64,000 bases of DNA, from assembly GCA_949290645.1 (NCBI GenBank), contig CASESG010000001.1:5104-69103 (forward strand), written 5' to 3'. This document shows positions 1 through 7,059 of this stretch, piece after piece. Each line of letters starts with the position of its first letter. Position 1 is the stretch's first letter. Origin of the DNA: an uncultured Bacillota bacterium (GTDB lineage Bacteria; Bacillota_I; Bacilli_A; RFN20; CAG-288). The notes under the pieces were generated by a model. That model worked only from the letters and a program-made list of their open reading frames with translations. It did not search any database and was not told where the DNA came from. The position numbers were made by a program, and so were the translations under genes.

Positions 1-2
1 AG

Positions 3-161
3 TTCGTTCCTCATGTCACGCTGTTTCGAAAAGCGCCTTCCGATTCTAGCCTGCCTTCGCTTGCGCTTTCGGAATTGAGAATCGCATTGGAGAAGTCCGT
101 CGTCTTGGAATCGATCCTGGGCGGACCCAATCCGGATTATCGGGAAGTCGCTCTTCCGTAA
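3..161 (+). CDS. 3' end of a 2H-phosphoesterase-like gene (ThpR/LigT-like RNA 2',3'-cyclic phosphodiesterase), truncated by the window edge
   Basis: Frame 3 is open from the window edge to TAA at 159-161. The translation FVPHVTLFRKAP...ESILGGPNPDYREVALP carries an H-x-T-x (HVTL) motif like the second motif of 2H phosphoesterases. Only 52 codons are visible. Confidence 0.4.
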   Translation, partial: FVPHVTLFRKAPSDSSLPSLALSELRIALEKSVVLESILGGPNPDYREVALP

Positions 162-174
162 ACCTCCTTCCAAG

Positions 175-1095
175 TCATTTCAGGCGAGACATCATCTTGT
201 CGATGCATTTTTTCTTCTGGCGATTGTCGGGATGGACATATAGGTTTAGCGTTGTTCCGATGTTGGCGTGTCCCAGGATGGCGCTGAGGGCTTTGTAATC
301 GCATCCGGCTTCCACGCAGCGCGTCGCAAAGCTGTGCCTCAGGCCATGGAAGCGGACTTGCGGCATGTCTAGTTTCTTGAGCAGTCGGGAATAATAGGCC
401 CGAAACGCCCTCGGTTCGAGAGGTTTCTTGCTGTTGGTGAGAACGTAATGGCTCGGCTCGGTGATTTTCCCGATGGACTTCAGCCTTCTCAGCAGAGAAT
501 GGGAAAGCGGGATCTCTCGTTCCGACGAGGAGGTCTTGGGCTTGTCGATGCGAATCTCGGATTTCTTGTTTTCGAAAGAGTAGACTCTCTGTATCGTTCT
601 CCGGATGGTGAGGATTCCCGCTTCCAGGTCGATGTCCTGAAAACGAAGAGAACAGACCTCACCGATTCGAAGGCCTTCTTCGAGGCAAAGGCTGATTCCA
701 AGATTGTGGAAGGAGAAATGGGTGTCCAGATAACGAAGAAGTTTCTTTTGTTCCTCCAACGTGAAAACCGGAAGGTTTCTTTTTTCCTCGAAGACCGGAT
801 ATTGAACGTCGACTTTTTGATAAGGCCAGTTCCCCTTTGAGCATCCGTAATAGTAGATGGATTGTGCCAAAGAGACACGACACTTGATGGTCTTTGCCTT
901 GAGGCCTCGCTTTTTCTGGGAAAGAGCGAAATCTTGCAATTGGCTTTTGAATGGGACTTTCATGGACTGGAAGTAATGGACGAAGACGTTTTCGATGCCC
1001 CATCGATAAAGGGCATATGTCGAGGGCTTGATGTAATCTTTCCGTTCCTCGAGAAAGTCATGGGCGATTTCCATAAATGATTTTTGCACGATCAT
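175..1095 (-). CDS. Tyrosine site-specific recombinase (integrase/invertase family)
   Basis: 306-aa ORF. The catalytic signature is readable: GLRIGE (Arg), HGLRHSFAT (H-x-x-R), LGHANIGTTLNLYVH (His/Tyr region). GGAGG abuts the ATG at 1095, so GTG at 1089 may be the true start. Confidence 0.9.
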   Translation of the reverse strand: MIVQKSFMEIAHDFLEERKDYIKPSTYALYRWGIENVFVHYFQSMKVPFKSQLQDFALSQKKRGLKAKTIKCRVSLAQSIYYYGCSKGNWPYQKVDVQYPVFEEKRNLPVFTLEEQKKLLRYLDTHFSFHNLGISLCLEEGLRIGEVCSLRFQDIDLEAGILTIRRTIQRVYSFENKKSEIRIDKPKTSSSEREIPLSHSLLRRLKSIGKITEPSHYVLTNSKKPLEPRAFRAYYSRLLKKLDMPQVRFHGLRHSFATRCVEAGCDYKALSAILGHANIGTTLNLYVHPDNRQKKKCIDKMMSRLK

Positions 1096-1111
1096 CCTCC
1101 GTCACTAATAT
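1084..1111 (+). promoter_or_regulatory. Candidate sigma-70-type promoter reading into the invertible cassette and methyltransferase operon
   Basis: TTGCAC (1084-1089), 16-nt spacer, TAATAT (1106-1111) on the + strand, just left of the left inverted repeat. Identified by eye only. Confidence 0.3.
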
Positions 1112-1157
1112 TGGCGTCCTGCCTCAATGACGTGCGGAGGCAAAAAGAAAAAGTGTA

Positions 1158-1544
1158 TTAAGCAGGATGCTTAAGGCTCAAAAGTTCCTTAAGTTGCCAC
1201 CAAAGGACGCCTTTTTTGCCCTCAATGCCTGTTTTCGAATGCGTTTTTCGCGCAACAGAATAATCTTGACAAGGAAAGCCAGCAGTCAAAAGGTTGAAAT
1301 CCGGAAGAAGGCTTTTGTCGACCTTGGCAATGTCAATGTTATCTAATCTTTCGGTATTGAAACCAAAACGTTTTTGATAGCAATCAAATGCATACTGCTT
1401 CTTTCTTCCAGGTTCCCATTGATTAGCGTAAACAAAATCAAAACGTTTCTTTTCTTTTGTCTTTCCATCGATGAGACGCACTTTGTTCAAACCGACACGG
1501 AATCCTCCGACTCCAGCAAAAAGTTCTATAGCCGTTGTTTTCAT
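1158..1544 (-). CDS. DNA (cytosine-5)-methyltransferase, N-terminal module (motifs I-IV), inverted relative to the rest of the gene
   Basis: 128-aa ORF MKTTAIELFAGVGGFRVGL...AGFPCQDYSVA...LKHPA. It has the AdoMet motif I (FAGxGG) and the catalytic motif IV (PCQ). It stops at TAA exactly at the IRL boundary. Confidence 0.85.
   Translation of the reverse strand: MKTTAIELFAGVGGFRVGLNKVRLIDGKTKEKKRFDFVYANQWEPGRKKQYAFDCYQKRFGFNTERLDNIDIAKVDKSLLPDFNLLTAGFPCQDYSVARKTHSKTGIEGKKGVLWWQLKELLSLKHPA
1159..1176. repeat. Left inverted repeat (IRL) of the intragenic invertible cassette
   Basis: TAAGCAGGATGCTTAAGG is the exact reverse complement of 1559-1576. The site itself has 7-bp palindromic arms TTAAGCA/TGCTTAA (1158-1164 and 1168-1174) around an asymmetric GGA centre. 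Confidence 0.9.
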
Positions 1545-1558
1545 AACTCAATTATAAT

Positions 1559-1576
1559 CCTTAAGCATCCTGCTTA
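1559..1576. repeat. Right inverted repeat (IRR) of the intragenic invertible cassette
   Basis: CCTTAAGCATCCTGCTTA is the exact reverse complement of 1159-1176. The central trinucleotide is TCC (inverted relative to IRL), which fits inverted rather than direct site orientation. Confidence 0.9.
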
Positions 1577-2432
1577 CGGAATATTGGAGAATGTCAATCG
1601 ACTGGTTCTTTCCCCTAAAAAACAACGGGGAAGAGACTTTGGAATCATCCTTCGATGTTTGGATGATTTGGGATACTCGGCATGCTGGAGAATATTGAAT
1701 GCTGCTGACTATGGATATCCTCAGCGAAGAAGAAGGACCTTCATTTTCATCTATAGAAACGATTTGAATTATTCGAAAGACATTTCAAAGCACGAGCCTG
1801 AGGATGTCCTTTTGAAGGAAAGCATTTTTGCGAAAGCGTTTCCTGTCGATTCTCTTTCCTCATCCCTTTCGACATACTCTTTGGTGGATGACTATCATGA
1901 CCTGGTCGAGGTCTCCGATCGCTTTCGTGCGCATTTCGATAATGCAGGCTGGATGCACAAGGGGATTGTTTACACAGCGAAAGTCAAATCAAAGGAAAAG
2001 CCGATGTGTCCGCTGTCGAACATTGTCCTTCCTTGCACGGACTCTTCTTTCTATCTGACGGACAAGCAGAGGGATCAGTTTTCCTATCTGCGGGGGAAGA
2101 AGAAAGTCCAGAGAAAAGCATCGACAGGGCTCTCCTATCAGTATTGCGAGGGAAGCATGTCTCCTTTTGATTCGCTGGACCTTCCCGGAAGAACGATGCT
2201 GACAAGCGAAGGCTCGGTCAATCGTTCGAGCCACATCATTCCCGATCCCAAGACAGGGCGTCTTCGTTTCCTTACGCCCGTGGAGTGTGAGAGGCTCAAT
2301 GGTTTTCCGGACGGATGGACCGATACGGGCATGCCACGATCCTCGCGCTATTTCATGATGGGAAATGCCCTTGTCTGTGGCATTGTCGAGAAGCTTGGCG
2401 ACCAACTTCTGAAAATCATGAAGGAGGATTGA
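1560..2432 (+). CDS. DNA (cytosine-5)-methyltransferase, C-terminal module (motifs VI-X plus target-recognition region), lacking its own N-terminus in this orientation
   Basis: Reads LKHPAYGILENVNRLV (motif VI ENV), YGYPQRRRRTFIFIY (motif VIII QRR), and FMMGNALVCGIVEKLG (motif X GNA). The track ORF 1374..2432 starts at a TTG, and its first ~62 codons are antisense to the N-terminal module. Confidence 0.85.
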   Translation, partial: LKHPAYGILENVNRLVLSPKKQRGRDFGIILRCLDDLGYSACWRILNAADYGYPQRRRRTFIFIYRNDLNYSKDISKHEPEDVLLKESIFAKAFPVDSLSSSLSTYSLVDDYHDLVEVSDRFRAHFDNAGWMHKGIVYTAKVKSKEKPMCPLSNIVLPCTDSSFYLTDKQRDQFSYLRGKKKVQRKASTGLSYQYCEGSMSPFDSLDLPGRTMLTSEGSVNRSSHIIPDPKTGRLRFLTPVECERLNGFPDGWTDTGMPRSSRYFMMGNALVCGIVEKLGDQLLKIMKED

Positions 2433-2434
2433 TA

Positions 2435-3151
2435 ATGTCCCTTGATGTCTCGTTTCTTCGTCAGTTTTCTTCTTTGATTCAGTCGGCCTATGCCATTCGT
2501 GGAAAGACGATCGAGGAGGTTCAGGCTTGGACTTCAACGGCGACGGTCTCCAAGGCGCAAAGTTATTTCGCAATCCGGAATTTCCTCAAGAAGGCCTGCC
2601 CCAACGATGGCTTGCAATCATTGCTGGATTATGCGGATATCGCTCTCAAGACGATCGCGTTGGACGAAAAAGGGAGGCTGACCGAGAGCATGTCTTTCTC
2701 TGCTTTCGAATTCTGCAAGGTGGCGACGGAATCCTGGGAATCATCGAGCGTTCAAGCGATGTTTTCGAAGAACTTTTGGTTCTTCGTGACCTATCAAAAA
2801 GGAGAAAAGAACGTTGTTCTCACGGACTTCTTCTGGCGACTTTCGAAAGAAGATTTGGCGTCTGTCCAGTGTTTGTACGAAAGCTACCAAAGAAAATTGT
2901 TGCAAGGAGAGGTCTATGCGAAAGACAAAAATAACGCTGTCGTTCCGGCCTTTCGTCTCGATGGATGCCGGGTGTCCCACATTCGCCCGCATGCCGCAAA
3001 CAGAGAAGATACCTTTCCCCTCCCTGTCGCCGATCGCCTGACGGGACGGAAAAGTGCGACGAAGCAATCCTTCTGGTTGGACAAAGCCTATCTTGAGGAG
3101 ATCGTGAGAATCAATCTTTCTCCCGTGGAAAAGGAGGTCATTGGAAAATGA
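2435..3151 (+). CDS. Putative MutH/Sau3AI-family restriction endonuclease or nickase (238 aa)
   Basis: ATG at 2435 lies 2 nt after the methyltransferase stop. The C-terminal SHIRPHAANREDTFPLP...TKQSFWLDKAYLEEIV resembles the MutH/Sau3AI tail (RPKAAN...FYLKK, recalled from memory). Its position directly behind an m5C methyltransferase fits an R-M pair. Confidence 0.45.
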   Translation: MSLDVSFLRQFSSLIQSAYAIRGKTIEEVQAWTSTATVSKAQSYFAIRNFLKKACPNDGLQSLLDYADIALKTIALDEKGRLTESMSFSAFEFCKVATESWESSSVQAMFSKNFWFFVTYQKGEKNVVLTDFFWRLSKEDLASVQCLYESYQRKLLQGEVYAKDKNNAVVPAFRLDGCRVSHIRPHAANREDTFPLPVADRLTGRKSATKQSFWLDKAYLEEIVRINLSPVEKEVIGK

Positions 3152-4374
3152 TGATCGACAAGGAAACTTTGGAGAAGAAAGCGACGAAGCCGCTCAGAAT
3201 TCACGATCAGCTTCAAACCTTCGACACCTATGCGATTCCTCTTGAGAAGCTCTTTTACAACGATCGAAACGGTCGTATCGCGACGTTCATCGATGAGGAA
3301 GAACTGCGCAAAGACCATTCCCGAGAGGAAATCAAGAGGCTGATGGAAGAGGACATCGCCAGGTACAACGACTTCATCGGCAAGGCCATCAAGGGGGCAG
3401 AAAAGCCGGACTCTTACGAAAAGACCCTGAAAGACATCGAGCACAAGGGACAGATGGTCGCGGGCGTCGTGCTGGATGACGGAAGGATCATCGACGGGAA
3501 TCGAAGGTTCACTGTCCTTCGGGAACTCTACCGGAAGAAGGCCGAGCAACGGTTCTCGACGTTCGAAGCGGTCATCCTTCCGGTGCCTGCCTCGGAAACG
3601 GAGCAGAAAGCCATCACCCTTCTGGAACTGGAGCTGCAGCACAACGTCGACAATCAAAGGGACTATTCCCCCATCGATCGACTGGTCGACTTCTACAAAA
3701 AATGCTGCGATGAAAGGACAAGGACGATCTCGGAAGAGGAATACCGATCCTATGCCAACGTTCCGGCGAAAGAGCTGGCAAGCCTCAAGAGACAGACGGA
3801 AATCATGTTGGAATACTTGGAATGGAGGGGACAGCCGAAAGCGTTCTATCTTCTCAAGGAAGAAGATCTCAACGGACCGCTTGTCGAACTTGCCAATGCG
3901 AAAACGAAATTCTCCGAACACAACTGGCTGGAATTCCGGGACTATTTCTTCGCCCAGATCACCTTAGTGTCCGGAGACAAGACAAGAAACATCCGCAACC
4001 TCATCAAGCTGGCCAAGGAATCCCCTGAGCATGTCCGCCAAATGGTGCAGGCGTTGGACAAAGAAGGAGCCTTTCTCGGAAAGGTCGATGACATTCTGAG
4101 GAAGGAAAAGGAAGGGGTGCAGACTCCGGAAGATACCCACGAAAGGCGGAAATTGGGAGAGGACTTCCTGTCCTTGCAAAAGGAGGCGATTTACCAAAAG
4201 GAGAAGGAGAAGAGCCAGAACAGTCCCCTGGAGAAGCTGCGAAAGGCGCAGACGCTTTGCGATGAAGTCCGTTGGCAGGACATCAAGGAGACGACCGGAG
4301 AAAACAGGAAAGAGATCCAGAAAATCCTTGCGGAGATCACTTGCGCCCTGGAGAAGATCAAGGGCTATTTCTAA
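3148..4374 (+). CDS. ParB/Srx-fold (ParB N-terminal nuclease-like) domain protein, 408 aa
   Basis: The ATGA overlap with the upstream gene suggests translational coupling. VVLDDGRIIDGNRRFTVLRELY resembles the ParB-box DGxxR region. The remainder is helical with no family I recognise. Confidence 0.6.
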   Translation: MMIDKETLEKKATKPLRIHDQLQTFDTYAIPLEKLFYNDRNGRIATFIDEEELRKDHSREEIKRLMEEDIARYNDFIGKAIKGAEKPDSYEKTLKDIEHKGQMVAGVVLDDGRIIDGNRRFTVLRELYRKKAEQRFSTFEAVILPVPASETEQKAITLLELELQHNVDNQRDYSPIDRLVDFYKKCCDERTRTISEEEYRSYANVPAKELASLKRQTEIMLEYLEWRGQPKAFYLLKEEDLNGPLVELANAKTKFSEHNWLEFRDYFFAQITLVSGDKTRNIRNLIKLAKESPEHVRQMVQALDKEGAFLGKVDDILRKEKEGVQTPEDTHERRKLGEDFLSLQKEAIYQKEKEKSQNSPLEKLRKAQTLCDEVRWQDIKETTGENRKEIQKILAEITCALEKIKGYF

Positions 4375-6972
4375 ATGGAAAGAAAGGCTTCCTTGGCGGA
4401 TCTGAGCTTTCAGGGGACCTACGATCCCGCGGTTCCCGGACATGATGCCATCGAGGAGCTTTACCTCCCCTGCCTTTCGCTGGCAAAACGATACGATCGC
4501 GTCTCCGCCTATTTTTCCTCCCGTTCCTTGCAGAGCTATGCCAAGGGCCTCCACGCCTTTGCGAGAAACGATGGTCGCATCCGTTTTGTCTTCTCCAATC
4601 AAATTTCGCCAAAGGAAATGGATGACATCGTAGAGGCCTACAAAAGACGTGAGGCACAGATGGTAGAAGACCTGAAGAAGCATTCCGATGAACTCAATGA
4701 CGACTTTGAAGTTGCCAATCTTTCTTATCTGATTCGGCATGGAATCGCAGAAGTGAAGATTGCCTTCATGACGAACGACCTGGATTCCCTGTTTCATCAA
4801 AAGTTCGGGATCTTCACGGATGAACAGGGCTGCTCGGTTGCCTTCAGCGGTTCCAGCAACGAGACCCTGGAGGGCCTGAATTACAATTCGGAACTTCTGG
4901 ATGTCTTCACCCCGAAGGACTCGATGTCGAAGATCGAGGATCGCAAGCAGCGCTTCGAGAAGATTTGGAACGGAACCTATAGTCCCAAGATGCGCGTCTT
5001 CTCGCCCAGCGAGTCCTTTTTCGAGGAACTGGTCGCCTATGATCGTGGGCGTGTCTTCTCCTCTTTGCAAGAGTACCTGGAATGTCGCAAGGAACGGCTT
5101 TCCCTGGACCATGTCCTTTTGGATGTCGATGAACGAGCCAACCATCTTCTCGTCGAGAACCTCCTCTGCCATCCTTCGTGCGACCGTGCCCTGTCGGGGC
5201 TGATGTCTCTCAAGAAAGGCCGGAAAGTCGGTTCCTGGAGCTATCGCTTCCCCGAGATTACCCTTTCCTTGGCACGGGAGATTCAGGAGGCTCTGCGCCG
5301 TCGATTGATTCCGTTCCGAATCTCATCCTCATTGCAATCGGTCCTCGACCAGCTCAACCGGAAGCTGGAGCGCCGGCTCCAATGGGCGCAGAAGATCAAG
5401 CGCGGGGAAGACGAGGATCTCTGGCATGATGACTATGAGGCTTTCCGAAGAGTCGTCGAAAAGAACACGATGGTCCCTCTGAAGGACTTCCAGATGCGTG
5501 CGGCATACTTCCATTATCGATTGATGTCTTCGGCCGATTATTCCGTTCCTGGCTCGGGAAAGACTTTCATCGCCTATGGCCTCTTTGCCTATCTGCGCGC
5601 GACCGGCCAGGCCCATCGCTTGGTCGTTCTCTCTCCGCTCAACGCTTTCATGGCCTGGGAGGAAGAGGGACGGAAGATCTTTGGCGCGGAAAAGCCCCTT
5701 CATTTCTTCAACAGGGAAAAGCAGGATGGCGATTGTGCGGAAACACTGCTCCGCGATCGATACGATGTCTACTTGTTCAATTATGAGTTTCTGAATTCCG
5801 AAGAGAAAGCGGAAGTCGTCCGAAGACTGCTGGATGACAAGACGATGATCGTCTTCGACGAAATTCATCGCATCAAGAATCCGGAAGGAATGCGCGCCGG
5901 ATGGGCCAAACGACTGTTTCGCACCTATCCCCGACCCCTCTTTCGCCTGGCGCTGACGGGAACGCCCTTGCCCAATTCCTTTCAGGACATCCAGAACACG
6001 ATTGAGATTCTCTACTCCGATGACAAGGACCTGTTTGACGCCTTCTGTTCGAAGAATCTTCGGGAGGCCGACCGAAACGAGGCCGTTGCCCAGGAGATTC
6101 GGCGTCAGTTGTATCCGACTTTCATCCGCGTGACCAAGAGCCAATTGCAGATTCCGGAAGCCGAGAAGGACGATCTCGAGACTCTTGCCGTCGAACCGGA
6201 CGAGGGGCAAAGACGGCTGCTTGGAGAGCTGTGGCGCAAGATTCAAAATCCGCTTCTCCTCTTTGTCCGCCTGATCCAGGCGTCCTCGCACCCGGCCTTG
6301 CTGGAAAAGGAAATCGATGACGGAACGTGGGAGGAACTGGACCTCTCGCTCGAGGGCAAGCCGACCGAAAGGTGGACCTTGTCCGCCGAAAGCCAGGAAT
6401 ACCTTCGTCTCCATCCGCTGTCCCGAAAGACTCTGACGGCCCTTTCTCATATCCAATCCGCCGCACAAGAAGGGAGGAAGGCCCTGCTCTGGTGCCTGTT
6501 CCTGGACACGATCGATTCTTGCCAAGGATGGCTGGAGAAGGAGGGTGTCCGCGTTCTCTCCGTGACGGGAAGGGATTCGGAGCGGCAAAGGGAGGAGAAG
6601 ATTCGTCTCTTTCGCGACGGTGATGTCTCGGTCCTTGTCACCAACCCCAACACGTTGGCGGAATCGGTGTCCTTGCACCAGACATGCCACGAAGCGGTCT
6701 ATCTCGAATATGGCTTCAACCTCACCTACCTGATCCAGTCCAAGGACCGCATCCATCGCGTCGGTCTGCCTCCGGGCACCAAGACCCGTTACCTCTTTGC
6801 CATCACGGAAGGCGATGAAGCGCGCGGTTCTTCGATCGATCGTCGGATTCTCGAACGGCTGGAAAGAAAGAACGAAAGGATGCGCAAGACGATCGAAAGC
6901 GACGACTTGGCTTTGGAAGTCGATCGTCAGACGCTCCTGGAAAGCATTCGGGATATTTTGGAAAATCCATAA
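4375..6972 (+). CDS. Fusion of an N-terminal PLD-family nuclease domain and an SNF2/SF2 helicase (865 aa)
   Basis: Starts directly after the upstream TAA. PLD HxK motif: LFHQKFGIFTD...FSGSSNET. Helicase motifs: VPGSGKTF (I), VFDEIHRIKN (II, DEIH), LTGTPLPNS (III), and C-lobe VLVTNPNTLAESVSLH...LIQSKDRIHRVGL (V-VI). Confidence 0.8.
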   Translation: MERKASLADLSFQGTYDPAVPGHDAIEELYLPCLSLAKRYDRVSAYFSSRSLQSYAKGLHAFARNDGRIRFVFSNQISPKEMDDIVEAYKRREAQMVEDLKKHSDELNDDFEVANLSYLIRHGIAEVKIAFMTNDLDSLFHQKFGIFTDEQGCSVAFSGSSNETLEGLNYNSELLDVFTPKDSMSKIEDRKQRFEKIWNGTYSPKMRVFSPSESFFEELVAYDRGRVFSSLQEYLECRKERLSLDHVLLDVDERANHLLVENLLCHPSCDRALSGLMSLKKGRKVGSWSYRFPEITLSLAREIQEALRRRLIPFRISSSLQSVLDQLNRKLERRLQWAQKIKRGEDEDLWHDDYEAFRRVVEKNTMVPLKDFQMRAAYFHYRLMSSADYSVPGSGKTFIAYGLFAYLRATGQAHRLVVLSPLNAFMAWEEEGRKIFGAEKPLHFFNREKQDGDCAETLLRDRYDVYLFNYEFLNSEEKAEVVRRLLDDKTMIVFDEIHRIKNPEGMRAGWAKRLFRTYPRPLFRLALTGTPLPNSFQDIQNTIEILYSDDKDLFDAFCSKNLREADRNEAVAQEIRRQLYPTFIRVTKSQLQIPEAEKDDLETLAVEPDEGQRRLLGELWRKIQNPLLLFVRLIQASSHPALLEKEIDDGTWEELDLSLEGKPTERWTLSAESQEYLRLHPLSRKTLTALSHIQSAAQEGRKALLWCLFLDTIDSCQGWLEKEGVRVLSVTGRDSERQREEKIRLFRDGDVSVLVTNPNTLAESVSLHQTCHEAVYLEYGFNLTYLIQSKDRIHRVGLPPGTKTRYLFAITEGDEARGSSIDRRILERLERKNERMRKTIESDDLALEVDRQTLLESIRDILENP

Positions 6973-7027
6973 GACAACCGCTTTTCCGTCCGATGTTTCG
7001 GCCATTGCCGTGTTCGCCTTTTGAGCG

Positions 7028-7036
7028 TGGTAAAAT
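7028..7036 (+). promoter_or_regulatory. Candidate extended -10 promoter element for the DUF2130-like gene
   Basis: TGgTAAAAT at 7028-7036, followed by GGGAGGA (7045-7051) and ATG at 7060. No convincing -35 was seen. Confidence 0.3.
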
Positions 7037-7059
7037 AATGTCATGGGAGGAAGGCAAAC

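Larger units (their letters stand above)
1159..1576. other. Invertible DNA cassette (intragenic inverton) carrying the 5' module of the C5 methyltransferase gene; currently in the gene-disrupting orientation
   Basis: Bounded by 18-bp perfect inverted repeats. The coding halves on either side lie on opposite strands, and both read LKHPA across the repeat. A tyrosine recombinase gene is adjacent. Confidence 0.75.

Noticed and set aside
1374-1559. N-terminal 62 codons of the track ORF 1374..2432, as a possible alternative N-terminus created by the inversion (recoding)
   Set aside because: The ORF starts at a TTG with no RBS. The peptide (MIAIKCILLLSSRFPLISVNKIK...) is the antisense reading of the methyltransferase N-module, and it would lack motifs I and IV. 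It is mentioned under the switch-logic finding but not called as a feature.
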